DNA of 64,000 nucleotides from Phycisphaerae bacterium (lineage in GTDB: Bacteria > Planctomycetota > Phycisphaerae > UBA1845), in assembly GCA_963666835.2 (NCBI GenBank), contig CAXXGO010000006.1, positions 928,001-992,000 of the forward strand, read 5' to 3'. Below the pieces are notes generated by a model. That model worked only from the letters and a program-made list of their open reading frames with translations, was not told the DNA's origin and ran no database searches. Shown piece after piece: positions 28,254 through 38,616 of the stretch (its first letter is position 1; each line of letters begins with the position of its first letter). The translations under genes and the position numbers were made by a program.

Positions 28254-29123
28254 TCATGCGGATCGGCCGGGTTGGGGCAAGCGCCGCCGGGTGATCTCGA
28301 CGGCCTGCACGTTGGCATCGCATCCGAGCCAACGCCGGTTCAAGCGGTGTGCCACCGCCAGCGCCGTTCCGCTGCCGCAGAAGAAATCACCGACCACATC
28401 TCCTTCGTTGGAACCGGCGCGGATGATCCGCTCGAGCAAGGCCTCCGGCTTCTGGGTCGGGTATCCGGTTCTTTCCTTGGCGACCGTAGAGAGAAACGGG
28501 ATATCCCAGACATCCGTCAGTTCCGGTCCCTCGGGGTGGAACTTGAGGGGGCCGTTCCGCGTGGACTTGTAGGGGGTACCATCTGCAGCGGTCTTCAGAC
28601 CACGTGTGCGGTATGATCCTCCGCGAAGCCGGTTGAACGTCTGCCGACCGGCCTGCCGGGCGTATGCCAGGATCGTGTCGTGTTTGCGAGCGAACCACTG
28701 CCCGCAGCGCCCGCCACTGCGGTATTGCCAGATGATCTCGTTCAGGAACTGTTCCGGGCCGCAGATCTCATCCAACATCACCTTGACATAATGCACCGTA
28801 CGCCAATCAAGATGAACGTAAAGGCACCCATGTGGAGAGAGCAGGCGGAACATCTCCGCCAAGCGGGGGCGGAGGAACTCCAGGTATCCGGCGACACCGC
28901 GCCCGTGCCGGTCATCGAACGTGACGCCCGGCCGGTCTGCGGCAACGTGCACGCGATTGCAGTTAAACGGCGGGTCGGCGTAGATGAGATCGCAGCAACC
29001 AGTCTCCAGCGTTTCCATGAACGCCAGATTATCCGCGGCAACGACCCTGCCCAAAGGAGCTGAAAGGGGGCTTGGCCGGTCCGCCAACGGAAGGACGTGG
29101 CTCGGTGATTGACCGCTGCTCAA
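28254..29123 (-). CDS. Site-specific DNA methyltransferase (N6-A/N4-C, beta class), orphan
   Basis: IYADPPF, NEIIW, YPTQKPEALLERII and DFFCGSGT. Confidence 0.9.
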   Translation of the reverse strand: MSSGQSPSHVLPLADRPSPLSAPLGRVVAADNLAFMETLETGCCDLIYADPPFNCNRVHVAADRPGVTFDDRHGRGVAGYLEFLRPRLAEMFRLLSPHGCLYVHLDWRTVHYVKVMLDEICGPEQFLNEIIWQYRSGGRCGQWFARKHDTILAYARQAGRQTFNRLRGGSYRTRGLKTAADGTPYKSTRNGPLKFHPEGPELTDVWDIPFLSTVAKERTGYPTQKPEALLERIIRAGSNEGDVVGDFFCGSGTALAVAHRLNRRWLGCDANVQAVEITRRRLPQPGRSA

Positions 29124-29830
29124 ACGACCTCGCTCGGCCCAACTTTGCGCGGGTCAATCTCCAGCGCTTCCATGCGGCGGTATAGCCTGCTCCGAGAGAT
29201 TCCGAGCAGCCGCGCCGCCAGGGTTCGTTGGCCGTTTGCCCGACTGAGAGCATTGAGAATCTCGCGCTTTTCAATGCCGGTCAGGATTCGATCCAACGAA
29301 CCGATCCCATCTCCGTCTTGGGAATCGCCGCCGCCCATCTCTCCCACATCCGCACCGGTCAACGGGGAGCAGATTCCAACAGATCCTCCCGTGTTGCCGC
29401 CGGACGCACCATGTAGTTCGTTTTCCATCTTCTTGGCTTCCGTTATTTCTCGGACTATCCCCACGATGCACGTTACGTTGCTATCGCTATCGTAAATGGC
29501 CGAGTATGTAGTCTCGATCCAGATATGATGCCCTTCGCGATGTCGGACGCATAGCCGTTGCCGTACAGCCGGTCGGTCGCCTTTGAAAATCGGGGTGCTC
29601 GGGCAGAGGGCTCCGACCAACGCTTTACCCTGGCCTTCGCGACCACCAGGACCCTCGCGTCCCGCGCTATGGTTTCCAAGCACCGCAGTGCGCGGGTATC
29701 CGGTGATCCGTTCCAGACTCTCCGAGAAGAGAACGAAGTTGCGGTTGCGATCGATCATGAACAGCCCGTCTTCCGAGTTGGAAAGCAGGTCGCCCAATGC
29801 GATTTCGCACACGTCGCCACCTGTAATCAT
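29120..29830 (-). CDS. PAS domain + Fis-type HTH regulator
   Basis: N-terminal PAS/PAC (ERITGY...GIVREITE); C-terminal AL..ANGQRTLAARLLGISRSRLYRRM. Confidence 0.8.
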   Translation of the reverse strand: MITGGDVCEIALGDLLSNSEDGLFMIDRNRNFVLFSESLERITGYPRTAVLGNHSAGREGPGGREGQGKALVGALCPSTPIFKGDRPAVRQRLCVRHREGHHIWIETTYSAIYDSDSNVTCIVGIVREITEAKKMENELHGASGGNTGGSVGICSPLTGADVGEMGGGDSQDGDGIGSLDRILTGIEKREILNALSRANGQRTLAARLLGISRSRLYRRMEALEIDPRKVGPSEVV

Positions 29831-30082
29831 AGCGAAGCCCCTGTTTGTTCAGTGTACATCCGCGATTTATGTCTTGCCCGATAACCGTTGGACCTGTCCG
29901 AAGGATTATAGCGCGCTTGTGTCAGAAAGCCAACGGGGGAAAACCCCCAATTGTTCCGGCCCAGCAACATGTAGGCGCAAACAGAACGTCGGGCTCCCCC
30001 GGTCCGTTTCTCCTTGCCGCTTCAGCGATGGAGTCTCGCGCGCTATCCTCCGCGGGGGGCGTGCAACGCGAGCACTGCCCCG

Positions 30083-31084
30083 TTAATTATGCCAGTAAGA
30101 AAGGACGCGATCAACCTCACTTTTACCTCCGATAATCAGCGAGGTGCGCTCGTGCAGGGCAGTTGGCTCCTTGTCGAGAATCCGCTGTGTTCCGTCGGTC
30201 GCCGCCCCACCGGCCTGCTCGGCCAGAAACGCCAACGGGTTGGCTTCATAGAGAAGCCGCAACTTTCCACCAGGGGCCTTCTTGGTCGGCGGATAAAGGA
30301 ACACGCCTCCCTTGAGCAACGTTCGGTGGAAGTCGGCCACCAACGAACCAATGTACCGAAGGCTGGAGCCCGCCTCATCAGTCTTGCACCAATCGAGATA
30401 GTCTTGTACGCCTTTGGGGAACTGCGTCCGATATGCTTCGTTAACGCTGTACGTCTTCCCACCTGACGGCATCTTCACATGTTCCTGGCTCAGGCGATAA
30501 GCCCCGATCGAAGGATCGAGAGTAAACATGTGAACGCCGTCCCCGGTCGTGTAGGCCATGACCGTACTGCTGCCGTACACCATATACCCCGCAGCGACCT
30601 GCCTGTACCCTGGCTGCAATATATGATCCATAACCTTCCCGGAGTCGACTCCCTCCCTGCGTTGGAGCACTGAGAAAATCGTCCCGATTGAAACGTTGAC
30701 ATCAATGTTGCTGGATCCGTCCAACGGGTCAAACAGTACGATGTACCTTGCTTCACCTTCCAGTTCTTTGATTATCGTGGGTTCGTCATCCTCTTCGGAC
30801 ACCATGATCCCGACGTTACCGCGATAGCCCAAGCAGGCCATGATGGTCTCGTTGGCGATCACGTCGAGCTTCTGGACATCTTCACCCTGGACATTGGTCT
30901 TGCCGGCCGAGCCCAGCACGTCACGTAGGCCCGCCCGCCGAACGTGGTCGGAGATCACTTTGGTTGCGAGGGTAATCCCAGAGAGCAGCCAACTGAACTC
31001 TCCGCTAGCCCCCGGATGGTGCAGTCGCTGCCGCTCAATGATATGCTGCTGAACCGTCACGATCTTCGGAGTCATGACTGACAT
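30083..31084 (-). CDS. fbp: Fructose-1,6-bisphosphatase class I
   Basis: QKLDVIAN, DPLDGSSNIDVN, RYIGSLVADFHR and GKLRLLYEANP. Confidence 0.95.
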   Translation of the reverse strand: MSVMTPKIVTVQQHIIERQRLHHPGASGEFSWLLSGITLATKVISDHVRRAGLRDVLGSAGKTNVQGEDVQKLDVIANETIMACLGYRGNVGIMVSEEDDEPTIIKELEGEARYIVLFDPLDGSSNIDVNVSIGTIFSVLQRREGVDSGKVMDHILQPGYRQVAAGYMVYGSSTVMAYTTGDGVHMFTLDPSIGAYRLSQEHVKMPSGGKTYSVNEAYRTQFPKGVQDYLDWCKTDEAGSSLRYIGSLVADFHRTLLKGGVFLYPPTKKAPGGKLRLLYEANPLAFLAEQAGGAATDGTQRILDKEPTALHERTSLIIGGKSEVDRVLSYWHN

Positions 31085-31485
31085 ATTCGCGTTCTCCTAA
31101 TGGCTTCTGCGACCCTGTGTGGCGAGTCCCTCGACACGGCCAAGTATAATCATAACACGTTCGAGCCCCCGGTTACAAACACGAATCACGTTGCGGTGTG
31201 GTCGATGCGAACGGCACCCGCGCTGCCGGAGCCCGGTTGGCTCTGCCACGCGGGGCTCTTCGCCGGGGTCCTCCGTTGTGGTGCAGGGTGCTTCCGGATG
31301 GGCGGCTGACGTTTCTCACCGCAGAGGCTGTCGATTCCGACGCTGTGAGGCGTTTCCAACGGCTCCAGGCCGCCCCGGAAGGTAATCAACAGGCCGGCAT
31401 GGCGTTGCCTTGACTTTTGTCGCCGGCAGGACAATCCTCGGGGCAAGCGGGCGTGTTGGGCAGCCGGATCACCGGCACAGGTAAG

Positions 31486-32502
31486 ATGGGAGTCTACGAC
31501 ATGGCGGGCGACGGTGGGTGGTACTACGTGCGGAATGGGCAAACGATGGGCCCTATGTCCCTTGCAGAGGTCATTGCAGCCCTTCCGGGAGCAGATGGGC
31601 CTGAGACCCCGGTGTGGGGACCCGGAATCCCGGATTGGACGGCCGCCAAACACGTAGCGGCACTCGGGGCGGGCGGAGCGCGCCCGGTTGGTCCTCCGCC
31701 ACGGCTCGCTAAGACCCGTGTTGCGGATGAGATCGACTACGAGATCTACGGTGACGACATGCAGTTCGTGGAGGTCACCCTCGATCCCAACGAGGTGGTT
31801 GTGGCCGAAGCCGGCGGCATGATGTACATGACCGAGGGAATCAAGATGGAGACGGTCTTCGGGGACCCCGGCAAGCAGCAGGGCTTTCTGGGGAAGGTCC
31901 TCGACGCCGGCAAGAGGGTGGTCACCGGCGAGTCACTGTTCTTAACGACGTTCGGAGCGGTGAGCCGCCGGCGCGAGCAAGTGGCGTTCGCCGCACCATA
32001 CCCCGGGAAGATCATCCCAATGCACCTGGACGAACTGGGCGGGGAGCTGATTTGCCAGAAGGACGCGTTCCTCTGCGCCGCCCGCGGCGTGCAAGTTGGC
32101 ATTGCTTTTCAGAAGAGAATCCTGGCCGGGCTCTTCGGTGGTGAGGGGTTCATCCTCCAGAGGCTCACCGGTGATGGAATCGCCTTTGTGCATGCCGGCG
32201 GGATGATCCATCAGAAGGAGTTGGCTTCCGGGGAGACGCTCCGACTGGATACCGGTTGCCTGGTAGCGATGCAGTCCTCTGTAGACTACGACATCCAGAT
32301 GTCCGGCGGTGTCAAGAACGCCATTTTCGGTGGGGAAGGACTGTTCCTGGCGACCCTGCGCGGACCGGGGAAGGTCTGGCTGCAATCGCTGCCGTTTACG
32401 CGGCTGGCCGGCCGGATCCTGGCCAACGTTCGCCCCGGGGGAGGCAAGGGCGAAGGTTCGGTGTTGGGGGGACTATCCACTCTCTTCGAGAGCCGGGATT
32501 GA
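31486..32502 (+). CDS. AIM24/TIGR00266 family protein with N-terminal GYF_2 (DUF4339) domain
   Basis: WYYVRNGQTMGPMS...VWGPG..DW; EAGGMMY, CQKDAFL, FGGEG and GPGKVWLQSLP. Confidence 0.88.
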   Translation: MGVYDMAGDGGWYYVRNGQTMGPMSLAEVIAALPGADGPETPVWGPGIPDWTAAKHVAALGAGGARPVGPPPRLAKTRVADEIDYEIYGDDMQFVEVTLDPNEVVVAEAGGMMYMTEGIKMETVFGDPGKQQGFLGKVLDAGKRVVTGESLFLTTFGAVSRRREQVAFAAPYPGKIIPMHLDELGGELICQKDAFLCAARGVQVGIAFQKRILAGLFGGEGFILQRLTGDGIAFVHAGGMIHQKELASGETLRLDTGCLVAMQSSVDYDIQMSGGVKNAIFGGEGLFLATLRGPGKVWLQSLPFTRLAGRILANVRPGGGKGEGSVLGGLSTLFESRD

Positions 32503-32561
32503 GGCATACAGGGAAGCCGGTTCAGAGCAGTTGCGATACTCGACGGGGTGCGGGCGGCGTT

Positions 32562-34646
32562 CTATTCGGAGTCGGCGGGAAGGCGACCGGCAAACAGCCT
32601 GGTCCCGACAACGACGAGCAGAATCGTCATCACCAACATGCCCCATTCCGTGATCGTGGGAATGTCATGTTCCGGACACTCCGTCAGGGTCACGGCGACG
32701 TTGTCCAGCCCCCACGACTCGTCCGCCAACCCCTCGAGCCCAACACCGGCGAAGCTGAGGGCGAGGGCATCGGACGAGTGCTCGAACGTCGACACGATGT
32801 GATAAACCGAATCGGCGGTGTAACCGAGTGCGCCTACCTCCGTGGCCCCGGTCTGTCCCGCGTAAGCTCCATTAGGATACGCCCCGGGATAAGCCTGGAA
32901 CGTACCGGGCGAGTCCGCGAACGTCGTCCACCAAAGGGCGGGCCCGTCGACTACGCGCAGATCCCAGATGTCCGGTCCGGACGTCGGCCCGTTACCGTCC
33001 CAGGAGTCGATTACAAACAGGTCGCACTCTACGGTGGCGGTGTCGTGCGGCGGCAGCCCGTTCAGGGTCAGGATGACGGAACTGTCGGAGAATGGTCCAA
33101 GGAACGTGCGTCCCCCGACAGGCGTCGAATCGGTTGCGGGATCGGACCATTCCTCCAGCGAGTTGCCGGAGTCTTCGAAGTTGTTGAAGTAGAAGCTCTC
33201 CGATCCCGCCGGGGCGGCCCACACCCAGACATTGTCCAGTCCCCAGGACTCGTCGGCCACTCCTTCCAGCCCGAGCCCGACAAAATCAACGACCAGGGTT
33301 TCGCCCGAGTGTAGGAAGGTGTACTTGAGCATATAGACCGAGTCACGGTCATACCCGAGCGTATTCGTTTCGTTCGCGCCCTCGCGCCGGGCGTATCGCG
33401 CCTCGGGGAACGTGCCGGGGTAAGCCTGCGTCGAGCCGCCTTCGTGGGAGAATGTGGTCTGCAGGAGCGTGTTGCCCCCATCCACCGTAACCCCCCAGAC
33501 ATCCGGACCGGAGGAACTCAGATTCCCTTCCCACGATCCGATTATGAACAGATCGAATGACATGGTAATGACACCATGATCGGGAAGAGCGTTCAGAGTG
33601 AAAGTCAGGGTGCCGTTTGAATGTCGCCCCAGAAACTCCCTTTCCGCGACGGGGGTGACTTCTCGGGCGTCGTCCGACCACTCGGTCAGCGGGTCTAAGG
33701 TATCCTCGAAATCGTTGTGGTACACGGTCGTGCCGGAGTAATCCGCGGAAGTGCACATAAGGTTGTGCCTGCTGAGATCCAATGCGATGCCGAAGGGGCT
33801 GCTGCCCGGCAATCCGGTGATCAGAGTCTCGATTCCGGAACCATCCGTATTGGCTCTGAGAACATCGCCGACGGCATAATCGGTCCAGTACATCTTCCCG
33901 GCGATCAGGTCAAGATCGATATCCAGGATTCCGCCAAGCCCCGTCAATACGTCCTCGACGTTTCCGCCATCAAGGTCCGAACGCTGGATCTTGTGGAAGA
34001 AGTTGTCCGTCCAGTAGATCTTTTTCGCCGCCAAGTCCAGAGCCATACCGGTGGGTTCCCCGAGACCGGTGACGAGATCTTCCACATTGCTCCCGTCGAG
34101 GTCGGCGCGTTGAACCTTGTTCGAATAGCTGTCGGTCCAATACACTTTTCCCGCATCCGTGTCGAGTGCGATTCGCGCGGGAAAAGACAGGCCGGTAACG
34201 GTATCTTCAACCGCGGTGCCATCCAGTTCCGCTCGTTGGATCTTGCCGGTGGCCGAGTCCGTCCAGTACATCTTCCTCCCGGCCGGGTCGATCGCGATGC
34301 CCCAGGGGTCCATGAAGCCGGTGACGAGATCCTGTGAGACTCCGCCGCTCTGGGCGGCGCATTGGATCTTGCCGGCAGTCGAATCGGTCCAATATACTTT
34401 CCCGACAGCCGGGCTTACCGCAATCCCCAAAGACTCGATGATTCCCGAAGTCACCGGGCTGTGCATGTGCGTGCCGTCGAGACCGGCGGCGCGGATCTCT
34501 TCGCCTCCGGTCCAGAACATGTGCTGAGCGCGCACCCCAGTTGCCACCGGGCAGAACACCAGCGCAAGAGCAGCTATCCAACAGACCCGATTTCTGCGCA
34601 CAATCCTCTCCGTGCAGCCGCGGACCCGCCCGCACCAAGCCCGCAC
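32562..34646 (-). CDS. Secreted YWTD (LDL-receptor class B) repeat protein with two tandem beta-sandwich domains and an IPTL-CTERM tail
   Basis: Repeated K(V/M/I)YWTD; duplicated FIIGSWEGN / FVIDSWDGN...DESWGLDNV; tail IPTITEWGMLVMTILL. Confidence 0.85.
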   Translation of the reverse strand: MRAWCGRVRGCTERIVRRNRVCWIAALALVFCPVATGVRAQHMFWTGGEEIRAAGLDGTHMHSPVTSGIIESLGIAVSPAVGKVYWTDSTAGKIQCAAQSGGVSQDLVTGFMDPWGIAIDPAGRKMYWTDSATGKIQRAELDGTAVEDTVTGLSFPARIALDTDAGKVYWTDSYSNKVQRADLDGSNVEDLVTGLGEPTGMALDLAAKKIYWTDNFFHKIQRSDLDGGNVEDVLTGLGGILDIDLDLIAGKMYWTDYAVGDVLRANTDGSGIETLITGLPGSSPFGIALDLSRHNLMCTSADYSGTTVYHNDFEDTLDPLTEWSDDAREVTPVAEREFLGRHSNGTLTFTLNALPDHGVITMSFDLFIIGSWEGNLSSSGPDVWGVTVDGGNTLLQTTFSHEGGSTQAYPGTFPEARYARREGANETNTLGYDRDSVYMLKYTFLHSGETLVVDFVGLGLEGVADESWGLDNVWVWAAPAGSESFYFNNFEDSGNSLEEWSDPATDSTPVGGRTFLGPFSDSSVILTLNGLPPHDTATVECDLFVIDSWDGNGPTSGPDIWDLRVVDGPALWWTTFADSPGTFQAYPGAYPNGAYAGQTGATEVGALGYTADSVYHIVSTFEHSSDALALSFAGVGLEGLADESWGLDNVAVTLTECPEHDIPTITEWGMLVMTILLVVVGTRLFAGRLPADSE

Positions 34647-34844
34647 TCCGATGAGTAGGGAGCACCTTTAGTTTAACGATAGAAAGGGGTCCGATTCAAG
34701 AAGATATGGCACAACCCTTAGGCGGTGAATTATTATGGGGCTGACTTACGTTACGTTCCGAAAGTAGGACCGAAAAAGACGGGGTGGACGTCCGCATCAT
34801 CGGACCTTACCGCTGACTCGTGCGTAGCCACTTCAAGCGAACCG

Positions 34845-35309
34845 TCAGCTTTCCCCGCCCATGTCCCGCCACATGCTCAGGTGGATAATCCGGTCCTCTT
34901 CGGCCTCGTGTCGGCGCACGATTGCGATCATCTCCCGGATGCGGGCGAAGAAGACCTCCCGATCCTCAAGAGTGCGGTCCGCCATCGTCCCGGCCGCGCG
35001 GATGATCCGGTCGAGCATGCCGAGAATCGTGGTGTGCTCGCGGGCGAGCCGGGCTTGATCGTCCGCCAACTCCGGCCGGCACGCTTCCCCATCAACCTGA
35101 GTGCCGCATAGCGCATCGACGGCGTGATGTACCCGGATCTTCGCGTGCAGATGACGAAGGGCCTCCTCCACCGCCTCGAAACCGGCGATGTCGAACGTCT
35201 GCCAGGATCCCTCCTGCACCAGAATTTCAATCGCGGCCAATGATGACTTTATCGTGTCATCTCCAGTTTGACGCTGTTCGGCGGAATGGCTTGGGGTGAG
35301 ATTGGTCAT
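34845..35309 (-). CDS. Hemerythrin-like domain protein
   Basis: GGAGG RBS; helical protein with HH, EH and HEAEEDR motifs. Confidence 0.65.
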   Translation of the reverse strand: MTNLTPSHSAEQRQTGDDTIKSSLAAIEILVQEGSWQTFDIAGFEAVEEALRHLHAKIRVHHAVDALCGTQVDGEACRPELADDQARLAREHTTILGMLDRIIRAAGTMADRTLEDREVFFARIREMIAIVRRHEAEEDRIIHLSMWRDMGGES

Positions 35310-35851
35310 CTGCGTAACCTCCTAATACAGTCTCCTTCGCTGGGAAGCAATCAGTTCGGCCGAGCGGTAACATAGACGCCGGCAGCACTGTGCAAACACG
35401 GCAAGTAGGCACTATTGTACTTCGATACGACGCTAGTGGCAACCATCGAAATGCCCCTTGTATCGGATGTGCCCTTCAGGGCGCTCTGTGCAGTGTGGCT
35501 CAACGCAAACGCCGTTTCATCCCAGGGACACTCCGGGCACTACGAAGTGGCGTAGCAGCTACACTCCAATGAGCCGCTGAGGACCGCCTCGCTCAGGACA
35601 AAGGACCCCGGTGCCGACTCTTGCCACTTGAAGCAAAGGCAGCGACAGGCGGGGGTAAAGGACAGAACGGTGTCACCCCTATTGCCCGCCTGCAAGAAGG
35701 TAATGTTCCCGCCCGAACGATGGAGGTCATTGCCGCCATGTGTTTACCGTCGGGTCCGCGTGTTCCCACCTGCCGGCGCCGGGACCGGCCCGGTACCGTT
35801 GCCGACCGGGATAATCGAGGCTACAACACGTAGTAGCAAGGAGGTCTGAAT

Positions 35852-38557
35852 ATGAACGGAATGCGACGACGCGCTCTATGGGGTGGGCTGCTCACTTTGG
35901 CTCTGGTGGTCGGCTGTGACGTGGCTCCGAACGGTAACTCCGGGGGGGACAACGGGACCGACCCTGATTCGGCAACCGGGCAGGTGGGCAGCGGTACCGC
36001 TCGAGTATCCGGTACGATTCGATCTGCCGATGTCGAGGATGATATTCCGCTTGCCGGAGTGCGCGTGGAACTCGGCGACGCGTGGACCCTCAGCAGCGTC
36101 GACGGCACGTTCGAATTGCTAAATACCCTCGATGGAACACAGACCCTGCTTTGCGATGGAACGGCGGTCGGTACGGACGAAGGACATTACGGACAGTTCG
36201 CCACGGCCATGGAGCTGACCGAGCACGAGGATCGGCTACTGACCGACCCGGTCTATCTGCCCTTCGTGCCGGACGACTCCGCCGGATTGGTGGATCCCGC
36301 TTCCTCGACCACAGTCTCGGGCGATGGGGGGGTTACGCTTGAGATTCCGCCGGGTGGAGCACGCGTGGGCCAGGAGGAGTACGACGGACCGATCTCCGTG
36401 CTGGCCATTGCTCCTGGGCGTACTCCAGCTTCTTTGCCTGCCCGGTTCGATGGGCGCGTCGAGGCAATCATCTCCATTCAGCCGATCGATGTGCGTTTCC
36501 CGGTCGAAGTGCCGGTCACGTTCCCCCAAACATCGGGCGGGACGACCGGGATAAGCCGGATGGCACTATGGTGGTTTGATCCGGACGCCGGAGAGTTCTC
36601 TAACGTAGGCTTCGCGGAATCCGACGGCGACACCATCTACACGACCATCGGCGGGGCGCGCGGCGGCGGGTGGTATGTCTTGGCCGAATTGGATTTTACC
36701 CTCCGGCGGCCTTGCGACGGCAGCGATGGCAGCGAAGCGCGGGCTTGTTACCAGTCCGCGCTGGAGCTTCTGGATGAAATCCGGCAACTTCGGCAAATTG
36801 AACTGCCCGGCGCTGTCACCGTGTTCGGACGGCTGAATGCAGCGCTGGCCGAGCGCGGTAGTTCCGTTGACCGGGCTCAGGCGGTTTTGCAGATCAGTTC
36901 CGAGCTGTTTGAGATCGCCTCGACGGCGGTCCTCGAGTATCAGGCTCTCTATCGAGATCTGGGCGATCTCCAAGGGCTTGACCCGGCTCTAGCGGCGGCG
37001 GGGACGACCTGCTTGGGTTATGAGGTGTGCGACGGCAATTGGGACGAGCGACAGGACGCTCACAGCGATATCGCCCAACTGTCGGTGGCGATCTCGGCCA
37101 ATGTCGAGGCTTTTGCCGCGCAGTTTGACCGGCTGGCCGCGGCGGCGGGTTCCCTGGCGGTGTATTACGGCTCTCCCGGGCTATTGACCACCGATACTCT
37201 GGGGGCGTTTCATCAAATCGCCGGCGAGTTCAATGAAGCATACGACGGTTTCGAACCGTACACATCTCCCCCCGAAGCCTACGACGCGCTGGTCGAAGCA
37301 CTTACTGTTATGGAGAATACCGCGCTGGCTTTCGCACAGACGGTTAGTGCGCCGCTGGAGGACCAGGCCGACACGAGCGGGGTCTCCATCCAGCGCGTTT
37401 GCCCCAATCTCGGCACCACGCAACTCGGGACGATCGTAGACGGGGCCGGATCAGTGCAGTTGGGCGACGCTACCGGTACACTCGACGGAGATTGTATCGT
37501 GCTTGTGGCCGACCGGGAGCTTGGATTGGCGGCTGCGCCGGTTTCGGAGAAGGTTTTGATGGACGAGTTGCGTCCGCCGGCTGTTTGGGGGTTGGCTCGG
37601 GAGATGACGTTCGAATCGCTTGCGCTCGGGCGGCCGGGGGCCGGGACCCTCAGTGATGATGCCCCCGTAGCCGCCTGGGGATTTACCGCGGCCGACGCCC
37701 AGAGTTTGCAGGTATCGTTCTCCGGCGGCATAGGTACTTTGGCGGGCCTGGCTGCGGAGGATGGTGTCATTCAAATGTCACGAGACGGCGGGTTTGACGT
37801 GGTTAACCTGGGCAGCGGTGGGTCGTTCGAGCTGCGCGTGTTCTCGACCGCCGCAGGGGTCGCGTCCCCGTATACGTTCTCCGTCGATTCTCCGGCGGAC
37901 GAGTTCGCGGTCGGGTCGCCGGTTGTGGGGGCGTTTGACGTAGACAATCGGGCGGCGGCGCTGATGTTCGAAGGCGACGCAGGCGAGCAGATCCTCGTGG
38001 AGAAACGCTGCTGCGATCCGTTTGGGATTGAGTTCACCTACGGGCTCCTGGGGCCGGACGGGGTCTCGTTGTCGCCAAGGGACTATTCTGAGGAGGATCC
38101 GGGAATCGGGAACGAGCTGTACGAGCTGTCGGCTACCGGGCTGCATCGTGTGGTGCTGGCTCCGTTCGAGGGTCGGTTCCCGGACTATGAAATGTTGATC
38201 CACCGGGTGCCGGTCAACGAGCCGGTGGCTTGCGCACTCGACACCGAGACCACCGGAGTCTTTGACGACATCGGCGAGCGCCTGGTGTTTACGTTCACCA
38301 CGGCCGGGAACCACGATATCATCCTTCTTGAGGGAGTTAGTGCCACTGGTCCGACTCCGTTGTTGTATTCTCTGACGGCTTCGGACGGCACGACCCTCGA
38401 CAGTGACGAGTTGCTGTACTTCAACGGATCGTCATACGCGACCCGGGACCTCGGAGTTGTAGCGGAGGGTACGTACACTCTGGAGTTTAGAGCCCTGTTG
38501 GACGCCGAGGTGCCGTTGGGCTCGTTCGTATTCCGTCTGACGACGGCCACGGAGTAG
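35852..38557 (+). CDS. Large lipoprotein (carboxypeptidase-regulatory-like N-domain, helical core, PPC-like beta domains)
   Basis: GGAGG RBS; lipobox LVVGC; VSGTI...PLAGVRV...DGTF. Confidence 0.7.
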   Translation: MNGMRRRALWGGLLTLALVVGCDVAPNGNSGGDNGTDPDSATGQVGSGTARVSGTIRSADVEDDIPLAGVRVELGDAWTLSSVDGTFELLNTLDGTQTLLCDGTAVGTDEGHYGQFATAMELTEHEDRLLTDPVYLPFVPDDSAGLVDPASSTTVSGDGGVTLEIPPGGARVGQEEYDGPISVLAIAPGRTPASLPARFDGRVEAIISIQPIDVRFPVEVPVTFPQTSGGTTGISRMALWWFDPDAGEFSNVGFAESDGDTIYTTIGGARGGGWYVLAELDFTLRRPCDGSDGSEARACYQSALELLDEIRQLRQIELPGAVTVFGRLNAALAERGSSVDRAQAVLQISSELFEIASTAVLEYQALYRDLGDLQGLDPALAAAGTTCLGYEVCDGNWDERQDAHSDIAQLSVAISANVEAFAAQFDRLAAAAGSLAVYYGSPGLLTTDTLGAFHQIAGEFNEAYDGFEPYTSPPEAYDALVEALTVMENTALAFAQTVSAPLEDQADTSGVSIQRVCPNLGTTQLGTIVDGAGSVQLGDATGTLDGDCIVLVADRELGLAAAPVSEKVLMDELRPPAVWGLAREMTFESLALGRPGAGTLSDDAPVAAWGFTAADAQSLQVSFSGGIGTLAGLAAEDGVIQMSRDGGFDVVNLGSGGSFELRVFSTAAGVASPYTFSVDSPADEFAVGSPVVGAFDVDNRAAALMFEGDAGEQILVEKRCCDPFGIEFTYGLLGPDGVSLSPRDYSEEDPGIGNELYELSATGLHRVVLAPFEGRFPDYEMLIHRVPVNEPVACALDTETTGVFDDIGERLVFTFTTAGNHDIILLEGVSATGPTPLLYSLTASDGTTLDSDELLYFNGSSYATRDLGVVAEGTYTLEFRALLDAEVPLGSFVFRLTTATE

Positions 38558-38616
38558 CCCTCACTGGGAGAAGATCAACCTAACACCTTCTTGGGCCTTT
38601 TTCTGGGGGGGCAAGT

